A stretch of 64,000 nt of DNA, from the NCBI GenBank assembly GCA_964016885.1, contig OZ024746.1, positions 77,810,001 to 77,874,000 on the forward strand, written 5' to 3'. Within the stretch, counting starts at the first letter, position 1. Each line of letters opens with the position of its first letter. Shown here one piece after another: positions 27,305 through 41,207 of this stretch. Under the pieces are notes generated by a model. That model was not told the DNA's origin, did not search any database, and saw nothing but the letters and a program-made list of their open reading frames with translations. The stretch comes from Eledone cirrhosa (Eukaryota). The position numbers and the translations under genes are program-made.

Positions 27305-27950
27305 TTAACCCTTTAACATTCACATTGGCAGTATCGGTAGAGGGTCGGACGCCATGCAAAGAGTTACGGCCCTTTATGGTCTGAGTTCAAATCCCGCTGA
27401 GGTTAACTTTGCCTTTCATCCTTACGGGGTCGATAAAATAAAGTACCAGTAATGTACTGGGTAATTGCTGGCCTTGTGCCAAAAGTAGAAACAATTATAT
27501 ATACTATTATATTTTCATGGCAAAGGCTTTATCTCACATAATATGGAATCTATGTGATTTTAATGATATTTATTTTGAGAACAATACCTTAACATCAGAA
27601 TGAGTGGCCAGTTACAGCCGGTTTGAACAGAAAAAAGTGAGATAATTCTGGTTTAAATGCTAAAGGGTTAACATCAGTATGAGTGGCCAGTTACAGTTGG
27701 TTTGAACAGAAAGAGGTGAGATAATTCTGGCCAGGTACGTCCAGTTTAAATGCTAAAGGGTTAACATCAGTATGAGTGGCCAGTTACAGCCGGTTTAAAC
27801 AGAAAGAGGTGAGATAATTCTGGCCAGGTACGTCCAGTTTAAATGCTAAAGGGTTAACATCAGTATGAGTGGCCAGTTACAGTTGGTTTAAACAGAAAGA
27901 GGTGAGAGAATTCTGGCTAGATATGGCTGGTTTAAATGCTAAAGGGTTAA
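27305..27950 (-). mobile_element. MITE family C interrupted by a SINE, with three extra 93 bp terminal copies
   Basis: TTAACCCTTTAACATT at 27305; AAATGCTAAAGGGTTAA ends at 27671, 27764, 27857 and 27950. Confidence 0.88.
27325..27499 (+). mobile_element. SINE family A nested in the MITE
   Basis: TGGCAGTATCGG (A box), GAGTTCAAATCCC (B box) and GCCTTTCATCCTTACGGGGTCGATAAAATAAAGTACCAG. Confidence 0.93.
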
Positions 27951-29639
27951 TGTATAAACATCATGTAATGATTTAGCTGAAAAAGAAATCTAAAAATGGT
28001 TTCGTTGATGTCTGTAATATCTGTATTTGTGAACAGATTGTCATGAAATTCTGCAGTATTAAAATAAAGAATTTAATTCTTCATGTGAAGCAGTCATAGT
28101 ACTGTTTTGTATTTTTTATGTGGTGTCATGTGGTACAAGACGTTAAGTGTTAAAGTTATTTAGTCAAACTTCCTGATGCCAACCATTGCTAGGTAACGAA
28201 TGGGTAGAGTTACTTGGAATGTCAAATAGAATGTTTCATGATATTCCTTGCAGCACTCTAGTCTATAAGTTCAAATCCCAGCAAAGTCAGCTTTGTGCTT
28301 TTCAACCTTTTGATGTTGATAAATAAAGTTCAGTACTGGAGTTGATTTCTTCCTCTGTATCTCTTTTTCAATCCACCATTTTGTCTCTCTTTTCGCTGGA
28401 AGAAATAGGCTATGTTTAAATCTGAAATGGGATGGGCTCTACTATGTTTAAATGCCTACGAGGCTATCATGAGTTAAAAGCTCTTGGCATGGATTTATTC
28501 CACTAATCTTCACCAGAGGAACTACTAAGTTGCAGAGCCTGTTGCTTATGTGGGATATAATCAGATGGCACCAGTTGTTTAAGCAATGTCAACGTGACCC
28601 CCTCCCCCCCTCTCTCTCTCAGGTACACACACAAATACTCATAAATGAGAAAAACTTCAGTCAACTGAAACTATCCTTGCAATGTCAAGACCTAAACTCC
28701 CCATTTTTTTGGAGGGGGATTAGATAATGAGAAGCAAGTCAACAAAACAGTTCCTATAGTCTTAGCTGATCTAAGAATTTGGAACAATTTAAAACAAAAC
28801 TGTTGTAGAGGATCTTGACTATGAAACATGACCATTGCTTTCAACAGTTGGCTTAAAGTCATGAGAGCATTGGACTTAGTGTTTTGAGGTCATCTAATTA
28901 TGAATCTTATGTTCTGAGTTCACATCCTGCCATGGCCAACTTCTCCTTCCACACTTCCAAGGTTCATAAAATAAAGTACCTGTCTTAATATAATCGACTT
29001 TCCCTCCCCATAGATTGTGCCTAAATTTGAAAGCATTATTAGATACCCTTAACAAAGCATATTCACTCAGCAAGTTGGTGAGACTAGGACCAAAGAGGTA
29101 TTGGAAAGGGAAATGATGCTATGCTCTGATTATGTGTGTATAAATAGACAACAGTCTTCCACTCAGTTTGTTTCCCAAATTTGATCTCATAAGACATTGA
29201 TCTACTTGAGGCTATTGTAGAAAATACATGCCTAAGCTACTATGAGATGTGATTGAACCTGAGACCATGTAGTTGCAAGGTAAATTTCTGAACCACAGAC
29301 CCATGCCTGTACCTCAGACTGATCAGTAGAACCCAAGAGAAAAAGATAACTGCTGTATCAACTCAACATCTTTCTCAGTGGATTTTACTTCAGTTAGTCA
29401 ACAAGGAAAATATATATGTCTTTCATTGAATATTTATTCCTATAACAAAGGAAATACATATTGGCTGATGTACTCCTAGTTACATTATGCCTGAAAACCA
29501 AATATATATATGGGATGATAATAAGCCTTTGATCATTGGGATGCTTGATCCAGGATGACCTGGATATGAACAACACTCTGTTATTCTGATTACTTTTTCT
29601 GTTGAATATGTGTGTTTGTGTGTGTATATATATATATAT

Positions 29640-29690
<51 letters not shown>

Positions 29691-30175
29691 ACTGTCACTA
29701 GTCACTTGAAGATTCAAGCTCCCTTGAGATTTATGTTTTGACTTGTCTCTTTTATTATGAAGAGAGAGGATCTATAGTGAATGGAGAGAGTTATGATGGG
29801 CTGGGATGGAATAATATAAATAAATAAGACAAACTGTTGATTCCCTGTTGCTTGTCTCGCTGTCAGCTGGCCAATGAAATATGGATAATTGTATTGCAGT
29901 TGAGGGTTGTGGGGGGTGCTATATTGGTATGGTCAACTGAATTAGAAACTTATCTACACCACCATCATGACATAAAACCCTATTCATATCTCCCTTACTC
30001 ACTGTTGAACACCCCCTCTCCCAGTCTTTCTACACACACCCTAGCAACCAGGATGCTATTATTTATTCCTATCCAATATACTTACCTCTCATAATCAGAT
30101 CTTCTCTTGTGAACCCTGCCTCCAATGAACACACTACACCATCACTATCATCTTCACTATGTATCTCTTCATCTG

Positions 30176-30284
<109 letters not shown>

Positions 30285-30505
30285 CTTTACCCCTCCATTC
30301 CTTTTCATTTTGTTATCTTTTATTTCTTCTCTACTTATTCTTTTTTTACTGTGTTTTTTTTTCCATATATTTTTGTCTATACTTTCTCCATGTATGTATA
30401 TACTTTTTGTGTGCGTGCGTGTATATATATTTATTGATCTATCAATCTATATACTTCAATGAAAATAGAATGCCGGATTCCAATATATTCCTTTAATGTT
30501 ACACA

Positions 30506-30552
30506 ATTACATAATACGTATTTCTATGGTCAGCGACATCATCAGATGTAAT
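30506..30552 (-). ncRNA. Minimal type I hammerhead ribozyme in a ~200 bp unique island (30452-30655)
   Basis: Minus strand reads ATTACAT-CTGATGA-TGTCGCTGACCATA-GAAA-TACGTA-TT-ATGTAAT: perfect 7 bp stem I, palindromic ACGT loop, weak stem II. Confidence 0.75.
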
Positions 30553-31057
30553 GAACATGAAATATTAAAAGCAATTTAGTTCAGTAATCCCTATTGGGTT
30601 ACAACTAAATATAAACAAAGTATTGATATGGAGGAGACCCATCCAATGATGTAATCCGTGTGTGTCTGTCTGTCTCTCTGTTTGACTAAGAGTCACTATT
30701 TTTACTTTTCTGTCTACTTGCGTGTCTTATTACTGTCTTTTACTTGTCAGTATGTGACTCCCTGTCTCCTTGTCTGTCTACTTGTCTAACATTGAGCCCT
30801 ATCTTCTCTTTCACAGGACATAATAACTGACTTCTCTTATATGTTTGCCTGCCTATCTACCTGAATGTTTAACCGGCCCTCTACTTGGCTGTCTGTCTGT
30901 CTTCTTGTTTAGCTGGCCTCCTATTTATCAGGCTGTCACTGTCAGTATGTCCCAACACCTACCTTCCCACCCGCCTCCTGTTATTGTTTTTTGATGGTTT
31001 TCTCTTAGTTTTTACAGAAATCATAAAAGCTGACTGATATATATTTTCACTTCAAAA

Positions 31058-31100
<43 letters not shown>

Positions 31101-31152
31101 CACTCTCTCTCGCCACACACACAGACATATATATATATATATATATATATAT

Positions 31153-31456
<304 letters not shown>

Positions 31457-31849
31457 TATATGGATATATGTGTATGCATTTATGTATGTATATATGTGTA
31501 TGCATTTATGTGTATATATATATGTGTGTGTATATATATATATATATATAAATGTATATATATACATATACATGTGTGTGTGTGTGTATTTATTTATCTA
31601 TGTATATATATCCCCAATATTTCCCTTCCCCACATTCTCCATGTTGTCTTTGAAGAATCTCCCACTCCATTATTCTTCAAAATGTTGTTACATCACCATA
31701 TTGTTGTTGCTGTTGTTGTTGTTGCTGTTGTTTTGTTTTTTTTTCTTTTTACATAATTCATCCACAGATCACAGCCACACTCTCTCCTTCTTTCTCCTCC
31801 ACCACTGACTCTATACTTAGACATGTACCTTAGATAACTCATCTACAGA

Positions 31850-32645
31850 TCATCATCATCGCCCATGCCATCATCATCACTACCACCACCATCACTGTCG
31901 CCATCACTACCATCACCATCACTTCCGTCATTGCCATCATCATCACTGTCATCACCATCAAACCCCCGCTCTCTCCCGTCACTGTTATCATCATCACCAC
32001 CACCACCATCACCACCATCACTACCATCACCATCAACACCACCACCACCACCACCACTGTCATCACCATCACCACCGTCACTGTCATTATCACCACCACC
32101 ATCATGACCACCACTACCACTGCCAACACCATCACTACCACCACCACCACTGTCATCATTATCACCACCATAACCACCATCACTACCATCACCACCACAA
32201 CCACCACCATCACCACCATCACTACCATCACCATCAACACCACCACCACCACCACTGTCATCACCATCACCACCGTCACTGTCATTATCACCACCACCAT
32301 CATGACCACCACTACCACTGCCAACACCATCACTACCACCACCACCACTGTCATCATTATCACCACCATCACCACCACCACCACCACCATCACCACCACC
32401 ACCACCACCATCACCACCACCACCACCACCATCACTACCACCACCACTGCCATCACCACAATCACCGCCACCATCACCACCACCACCATCACCACCACCA
32501 CCACCACCATCACTACCACCACCACTGCCATCACCACAATCACTGCCACCATCACCACCACCACCATCACTGCCGCCATCAACACCGCTACCATCCCTGC
32601 CGCCACCATCACCACCAATACCACCACCACCACCACTGCCATTGC
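31850..32645 (+). repeat. (ACC/ATC)n tract with internal block duplication
   Basis: Direct reading. Confidence 0.93.
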
Positions 32646-32971
32646 CACCTTCTGTCTCTTGTTCACCCCCCCCCCCTCCTCACCTATATTTACAGATGTA
32701 CCTTACATAATTCATCTACAGATCACCCCATCACCTCCATTCCCCACCCCAACCCACCCATATTCCTACATATGTATCTTAGATAATTCATGTACAGATC
32801 CCCACCGCTACCACTCTCGTTCCTACTATCCCCCCGCCCCCGCCCACACTTATATTTATCCATATACCTTCTCTGTGACCTCTGACCTTTGTTCAACACT
32901 GTTGGAGCTGTTTCTTCTCAGAAGACATGTCATATAAATGGTCTCCTGCAGATAAGTTCTTACATTACACA

Positions 32972-32979
<8 letters not shown>

Positions 32980-33023
<44 letters not shown>

Positions 33024-33162
33024 TACATACATATAAATATATTATTATATATATATATATATATACATACATACATATAAATATATTATTATATATACAT
33101 ACATATAAATATATATATATATATATATGTAAAATATATATATATACGTAAAATGATGATGA

Positions 33163-33241
<79 letters not shown>

Positions 33242-33246
33242 TATAC

Positions 33247-33309
<63 letters not shown>

Positions 33310-33414
33310 CATATATAATATGCATATATATATATATCTAATATATATACATATATAATATGCATATATATATCTAATATATATACATATTGTATATGTA
33401 TATATATATAACAA

Positions 33415-33448
<34 letters not shown>

Positions 33449-33459
33449 CATATATAATA

Positions 33460-33503
<44 letters not shown>

Positions 33504-33613
33504 ATATATATATATATATATACATATTATATATGTATATATATATCTACATATATAATATACATATATATATATATACATATTATATATGTATATATAT
33601 ATCTACATATATA

Positions 33614-33665
<52 letters not shown>

Positions 33666-33844
33666 TATGCATATATATCTATATATATGTGTGTGTTTAT
33701 GTGTATGCACTATGAGGTGTGCATCAGTGTTGGTTGTAGGGGTAGTTGTTATTGTTGTGGTGGGGGTGTAGGTAACCGACACACACAGCCATATGTATAT
33801 ATATATATATATACATATGTCTGCAAATATATGTCTGTATGTAA

Positions 33845-33875
<31 letters not shown>

Positions 33876-34034
33876 TTTACATACAGACATGCTTGTATGC
33901 ATGTACACATAAACACACACACATACATACATATATGCATAAGTATGTGTGTATTAATGTAAATATATTTGCATTATCTATATTATTACAGTTATTACTA
34001 TTTTATATATATATATATATATACATACATATAC

Positions 34035-34107
<73 letters not shown>

Positions 34108-34251
34108 CATACATACATATACATATACATACATATATATATACATATGCATATATATATATATATATATATATATACATGCATATAAATACATATATAT
34201 GCATATATATATATATATTTATATATGCATATATATATATATATTTATATA

Positions 34252-34297
<46 letters not shown>

Positions 34298-34360
34298 TAT
34301 ATGAATGAAAGGTATAGAAAAAATATATGCATATATATATATGCATATATTATATATGCA

Positions 34361-34391
<31 letters not shown>

Positions 34392-34426
34392 TTATATATG
34401 CATATATATATATATATATTTATATA

Positions 34427-34520
<94 letters not shown>
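32980..34520. repeat. Extended (CA)/(TA)/(TGCATA) microsatellite field
   Basis: Direct reading. Confidence 0.93.
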
Positions 34521-34854
34521 TGCATATGCATATTTGTTCTTTTTCTCTGTACAAGCATCTCACTGCCACTGCCACTGCTACTACTATCATCATCATCATC
34601 ACCACCATCATCACAATGTGTTGTTGCTGTTGTAGTTTGGTGTATGTAGGTGGAACATCAAATGCCAGCTTTGTTACGCAAGTGGTGGTGGCGGTGGAGG
34701 CGGTGGTGGTGGTGGTGGTGGTTGATATTGGCAATAGTCTATGAAAATGCATCTATCTATATATAAGAATGTGCAAGTCAGTGTATGTACATGCATATGT
34801 ACTTACATATGTACACTAAGGTGAAAGGGTGTGGGTGGCAGCAGTAATTGTTGT

Positions 34855-35815
34855 GATGATGGTGGTGGTGGTGGTGGTGGTGGTGGTGGTGGTGAGATTT
34901 TGGTATCAGTGTTGGTGGTGTAGGTGATGGTTGTGATATTTGCAGTAGTAGTGGTGGTGGTGGTGGTGGTGGTGGTGGTGGTGGTATCTGCTGTGGTGGT
35001 GGTGGTGGTGGTGGTATCTGCTGTAGTGGTGGTGGTGTAGGTTGTGGTATCTGCTGTGGTGGTGTAGGTTGTGGTATCTGCTGTGGTGGTGGTGGTGGTG
35101 TAGGTTGTGGTATCTGCTGTAGTGGTGGTGGTATCTGCTGTGGTGGTGGTGGTGGTGTAGGTTGTGGTATCTGCTGTGGTGGTGTAGGTTGTGGTATCTG
35201 CTGTGGTGGTGTAGGTTGTGGTATCTGCTGTGGTGGTGTAGGTTGTGGTATCTGCTGTGGTGGTCGTGTAGGTTGTGGTATCTGCTGTAGTGGTGGTGGT
35301 GTAGGTTGTGGTATCTGCTGTGGTGGTGTAGGTTGTGGTATCTGCTGTGGTGGTGTAGGTTGTGGTATCTGCTGTGGTGGTGGTGGTGGTGTAGGTTGTG
35401 GTATCTGCTGTGGTGGTGTAGGTTGTGGTATCTGCTGTGGTGGTGGTGGTGGTGTAGGTTGTGGTATCTGCTGTAGTGGTGGTGGTGTAGGTTGTGGTAT
35501 CTGCTGTGGTGGTGTAGGTTGTGGTATCTGAAGTGGCGATGTAGGTTGGGGTCTAGGCGGTGGTGGTGGTGGTGTAGGTTGTGGTATATTGCTGTGGTGG
35601 TGTAGGTTGTGGTATCTGAAGTGGTGGTGGTGGTGGTGGTGGTTGTTCTGGTATCAAGATTGTTGGTGTAGGTGATGATTGTCATATCTGCAGTGGTGGT
35701 GTAAGTAGTGGCATTGGTATTGGTGATGATGATGATGATGATGGTGGTGGTGTTGGTAATAGTAATAGTAGTAGTAGTACTGGTATTGGTGTTAGTGTTA
35801 GTAGTTGTAGCCATG
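34855..35815 (+). repeat. Minisatellite GTATCTGCT(GTG)nTAGGTTGTG within (GGT)n
   Basis: Direct reading; source of the SRYHNLHHH ORF. Confidence 0.95.
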
Positions 35816-36504
35816 GTGGATGTATGTATTGGTATTTGTCTGTTAATCTATCTATCTATCTCTCAATCTATCTGTTTGTCTATCAATCTATCTATCTATC
35901 TATCAGAATTTACAAGTGAGTGTCTGTACATGCATGTGTCTGCAGTGGCAGCAATCATAGTTAAGGTGGCGGCGGTGGTGGTGCTGGTAGGTGGCAGTGA
36001 CAGCGGTGTTGTTGTTGGTCATATTGCATATCTATTTTATGGCAGCACCGCGTCTCTTTGAAGTGGTGCCGGTCAAAGTAAATGTTAGATCTAACAGTTT
36101 GCGATGATCCTCCACTAGACTCACTGTTCTAGTGGTTGTTGTTGTTCTTGTTGTTCTTGTTGTTGTTGTGGTTGTTGTTGTTGTTGCTGTTGCTGTTGGT
36201 GTCATCATTGTTGCACTTGTTGTTGTTGTGGTTGTGGTTGTTTGTACTGTTTTCAGTACTATGATGTATAGCAACATCCCTGATGCATCATCATCATCAT
36301 CACTAACATCATTCTAATCATCGTCATCTTTATCATCATCATCATCATCATCATCGTCGTCGTCACTATCATCGTCACTATCATCATCATCGCCCAACTC
36401 TAACCATCTCCAGCCAACACTCCACACTGTGCAATGTTGATTATGTGAGGTTTACTTGAAAGCACTTATCTCTTACAGTCCATGTATGTATGTGTGTATA
36501 TATA

Positions 36505-36589
<85 letters not shown>

Positions 36590-36686
36590 TCACATACAAA
36601 TATATATATACACATACATTCATATATATATGAGGTTTACAAAGACACACATACTTACACACACACATATATATATATATAATATA

Positions 36687-36735
<49 letters not shown>

Positions 36736-37227
36736 GAGAGAGAGAGCCTGTATTGTGCAAATATATATTGTGCCTATATTTGGTTTTTGTGTTTGTGTAT
36801 ATATATAATACAATACACACACACACATACACACATAGATAGATAAATAGATACATATATACACTGAAAAAATCTTGTGTGTGTGTTTATAAAATATAGT
36901 GATATTGTGTGCTTTTACATAACCTGAACAAAGTATCAGTTGGATTTATAACAATATTGATTATACACTCTATACACATACTTGATTATACATTTATATA
37001 CACATGCTGTTTAAAATCAGGTACACCTGATTATTATATACCCATGAACATATGTACTGTTTTAAATCAGTTACACCTGATTAAACTAATAGATGGTGTA
37101 GGGTGGGGCCACGTTTTTTCTTTTATTATTTTGTTTCCTGGATATTCAGTTTGGTAAATTTTTATATGATGTATATGTATATTTGTATATGTGTATATAT
37201 GTATGTATGAATGTGTGCATGTGTGTG

Positions 37228-37540
37228 TGAAATGCTTCTTCTAGAATTGCTTTCAGCTCTGACATTGCAGTCTGCAAGATGTCCTCTTTGCATTCAAATC
37301 AACAACCTTTCAGTAGATTCTTCATATTTTGGGGAACTACCTGAAGTCTGAAGGAGTTACATTTGGAGAGTAGGGTGAATAGGGATTGAATAAAATGACA
37401 TTATTTGCCAAGAAACCTTGGATAAGCTATGAGAAATGAACTGTAGCGTTATCACGATGAAGCCTTTAGTTTTGCGAGGTCCACAGATCTTGTCGCTTGT
37501 GCCAAACTACATCATAAAAGTGTCAGTGGACTTACAAATA
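37228..37540 (-). mobile_element. Mariner transposase C-terminal relic
   Basis: Minus-strand translation PYSPNVTPSDF.*FPK..KNLLKG.*FECKEDILQTAMSELKAILEEAF resembles the mariner YSPDLAPxD region; contains stops and frameshifts. Confidence 0.75.
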
Positions 37541-38039
37541 CTCTCTCCTAGACTCTCACTCTGCCTGTTACAGACTGCTCATTAACATGAGATATTCTTC
37601 TCCACAAAGTTCGGTCACCAATAGCAGAGCTGAAAGAGTCAAGTCAAGACAAGTCAAGTCCAGTCCAGTCCATAAGCTGACATTATTAAGCCAGTGTTTT
37701 GACTGTCAGCTTTTGCTTCTTTTACCACGTTATCACTGCATTACTGAGCACAGCTCTGTGCGTCTTGGGTATGTGCAGTGTGATTTTTGGTGGTGTTGGT
37801 TCTATTGTATTGAGAGTACTCTTTGTTATATGTGTGTGGTGCCTAGTAGTGCTGTCTTTTGTATGTTGTATATATTTGTGAGTCCTGGCGTTTTGGTTAT
37901 GTATTTGTCTACATGCTGTTTTATCATTCCAAGAGCACCTATAATTATAGGTTTTGTTGTTGTTGCTGCTGCTGCTGCATTTATCTTGCTTTATGTTCAT
38001 ACGAGTTATCACCAATTCACAACCAGTGACCTCAAGAAA

Positions 38040-38447
38040 CAACAAGGTCCGCCATGTTCAAGAAAGAACATACATACACACACATGCATCTTTAGGTGTT
38101 TAGACTTGTGATGTACTTATATTGACAGAATCTTCCTTTGTATATTGGCAGTTCCCATTAGTACTATCTTTTGTATTTCTTCTATACGCGGGTTTCCTGA
38201 GATTTGGGATAAGTAATCATTAGACCCCTTAGGTATCATTCCTAGAATGCCTACAACCACTGGTATTGTTTTAGTTCTCAACTTCCACATTTTTCCAATT
38301 TCTATCTCCAGGTCTTTATACTTGCTCAATTTTTCAAATGTTTTAATAGATACATTCTTGTCTATTGGAACGGACATATCAATTAGCAGGCATACCCTCT
38401 TTTTAAAGTCCTTTAGTATTATATCAAGTCTATTTGCATCTATTTTT
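38040..38447 (-). mobile_element. R4/Dong-type non-LTR retrotransposon 3' relic (restriction-like endonuclease)
   Basis: ANRLDIILKD..CLLIDMSVP..EKLSKYKDL..IPVVVGILG; an older fragment lies at 37790-37950. Confidence 0.8.
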
Positions 38448-38455
38448 CATTATTA

Positions 38456-38663
38456 TTATTATTATTGTTCTTTGAGTCTCAGTCATTGATGTTAGTTAAC
38501 TGGAAAGTTTGTTGAAATGAATAGCAAGCCACTACCTGCAGCCTCAGATATTCAGGACGTATCGGAAGGTTCTTGCTGTTCCCAGCAAGCATGCCTTTTG
38601 AAGCGTTCCAAAAAGCGTGGCGGGGCCAATTTTCTTTAACCATCCCTGGAAACTTTTTGAGAT

Positions 38664-38666
<3 letters not shown>
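38456..38666 (-). mobile_element. Short 3' fragment of the same family as the adjacent R4/Dong element
   Basis: Closely matches 38700-38912; bounded by (TTA)n on both sides. Confidence 0.85.
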
Positions 38667-38699
<33 letters not shown>

Positions 38700-38702
<3 letters not shown>

Positions 38703-39693
38703 GTTCTTTGAGTCTCAGTCATTGATGTTATTTAACTGGAAAATTTGTTGAAATGTTTGTTGAAATGAATATCAAGCCACTACCTGCAGCCTCAGATATT
38801 CAGGACGTATCGGAGGGTTCTTGCTGTTCCCAGCAAGCATGCCTTTTGAAGTGTTCCAAAAAGCGGAGCTGGACTAATCTTCTTTAACCATCCTTGGAAA
38901 CTCTTTGAGATAGTGCCTAGTGCGCCTATGACAATCGGGCCGACCTTAATTTCATGGCAGTTCCAAATCCTCTTTAACTCCCACTTTAAGTCCTGGTATC
39001 GGTTAATTTTCTCCCTCTCCTTTTCTTGCAATCTCGTGTCAAATGGGCAGGCCACATCCACAATCAGGCATGATCTTTTTTCCTTGTCCAAAACCACCAG
39101 GTCAGGCCTATTGTGTTCTAATTTCTTGTCCGTCTGTATCCTAAAATCCCATAGCACCTTCACCTGATCATTTTCTATCACTGACTCTGGCTTATGCTCA
39201 TACCACTTCTCAGAATGTGGTAAATTGTTTACTTTGCATAGATGCCAGTTGATCACCCTGCCTATCACATCATGTCTCCAGCCTTTATAGTGAGTCTGGG
39301 CTAGGTGTTTATACTCGGATACAGTGTGAGCCACAGTCTCCTCTCTCCACAGATCCTACACAGTGGGCTAGCCTACTCCTTGTCAATATGGTGTTTCACC
39401 CACTTCGTTCTGAGGGCCTGCTCTTGCGCAGTCGTTAGCATTCCTTCTGTAGCCTTTTTAAGGTCTCCTCTTTTTAACCAGTTCCATGTCTGTGGATCTC
39501 TAAATTCAGTTTTCCTAAAGAAGGTACTATGAAGGGATTTTTCATGAAGGTTGCTTTTCCTCCTTGTTGTTATTTCCTCCTTGGACATCCCCTGGTCTAT
39601 TGTCTTCTCCTTCAGTACAATTTTGAGCATTGGCTCCCTACTGTCAGTCACGTATTTGTGCAGGTTGTTTTTCTCCATCTGAACACAGTCCTC
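38700..39693 (-). mobile_element. R4/Dong-clade non-LTR retrotransposon, 5'-truncated
   Basis: AQEQALRT, decayed CRIC..H knuckle, RHD, NRPD, DVACPFD, EKINRY and PIVIGALG. One stop and one frameshift near 39340-39375; flanked by (TTA)n. Confidence 0.92.
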
Positions 39694-39718
39694 TTATTAT
39701 TATTATTATTATTATTAA

Positions 39719-39946
39719 GGGCAGTGTATTGGCAGTATCGGTAGAGAGTCGGACTCCCTGCTTTGCAGCATTGAGTTACGGCCCATTATGATCTGAGTTC
39801 AAATCCCCACAAAGGTTAACTTTGCCTTTCATCCTTACGGGGTAGATAAAATAAAGCACCAGTCACGCACTGGGGGTCGATTTAATCGACTTTCCCCTCT
39901 CCCCCAAATTGCTGGCCTTGTGCCTATATCAGAAACCATTATTATT
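39719..39946 (+). mobile_element. SINE family A, long variant
   Basis: A and B boxes, central domain, and an extra GGGGTCGATTTAATCGAC segment. Confidence 0.92.
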
Positions 39947-40149
39947 ATTATTATCATCATCATCATTATTATTATTACATCCTCTGTTTCTTATTTTTTA
40001 CATGCAGAAATGCCCATTTGTACCGTCTTCTATTGTCCTGCACTGTCCTTAATGTCTACTTTATGTAAACCCTTGTGGTTAATAAAGAAATCATTATTAT
40101 TATTATTGTTATTATTATTATTATTATTGTTGTTATTATTACTGATAAT

Positions 40150-40270
40150 CTAATGTAATTCCTTTTTCCTCTCATTTCAGGTAAGTGTTCTGGATCTTCT
40201 ACCTACATATATACCAGCGTTGTCATTTTTGTTATTGAATGTCATGTTGTCAGACAGCTGTTGTGTAAGT
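40150..40270 (+). promoter_or_regulatory. Candidate recursive splice site with an 84 nt RS-exon
   Basis: CTAAT (40150), TTCCTTTTTCCTCTCATTTCAG|GTAAGT (40180/40181), and a second GTAAGT at 40265. Confidence 0.6.
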
Positions 40271-40424
40271 AAACAATTTAAGATAAAAACACCCTGATTT
40301 TCAATAGATATATTACATTATTTGTATAATATAGAGTTTGACTATATACACATGCCAGTGTGTGATACACACACAGAGCTGTGTGTGTGTATCTATCTGT
40401 CTTTCTATCTACCTATATATCTAA

Positions 40425-40466
<42 letters not shown>

Positions 40467-40822
40467 ATATATCTGTGTGTGTATATATACTCTTTTATGT
40501 GTTCCAGCCAACTGGCTGGGGCCGTGCTGGAACACTGCCACTATATATCTATCTATATTTTTTTATGGCCAAGTGGTGTGTGCATCTTGTTACACTGGAG
40601 TTTCACCTGTGCACACACAGGATCATCAGAGAAAGTTTGAACGTTCAATGGCTGAGACAGTAAAAATAGGGTAGGACTGGCATTGACTGTTCCGTCATGT
40701 CTGATGATCCTGTACATAGCTGAATCTCCAGAGCAGCAAGACTCACCAGTTAGCCATAATCACATATATTTAAACTCTACTTTGCTACAGAATACCCATT
40801 CTTATGTCTGTCAATATCACTT

Positions 40823-40860
<38 letters not shown>

Positions 40861-40894
40861 GTACATACATACACACATATATATATGTAAATTT

Positions 40895-41207
40895 ACTGAA
40901 AGGTGGGTGAATGAAGCGAAAATGGCCCAAGTGATTGGGCCTTCTCTGTTTATAAGCCTGTAGGTTGAGGAAGAGAGCAAAAGGAAGAAGGGAGCACTTG
41001 CACAACATGCTCCTGGAGTCGAGGGTTGTTCTATCGATGGGGTATTAAACAACCCATTTGTGGCGCATCCCCCCCCCCCCCCTATTGGGGATTTCGATTG
41101 TTGTAATTGTTTGTTTTTATATTTTTTACACGACTGTATGTAAAATCCCCGGCATGTCTTTGTATTGTCCCTCTTTCTTGTGCGCCCTTGTGGCAAATAA
41201 AGAAATC
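40895..41207 (+). mobile_element. Probable L1/Tx1-type LINE 3' end
   Basis: Short ORF end RWVNEAKMAQVIGPSL.. then a UTR ending CCCTTGTGGCAAATAAAGAAAT; a similar tail is at 40010-40092. Confidence 0.5.

Noticed and set aside
27325-27400. tRNA genes at SINE heads
   Set aside because: A and B boxes are present, but they run into a SINE body repeated across the window and I could not fold a cloverleaf.
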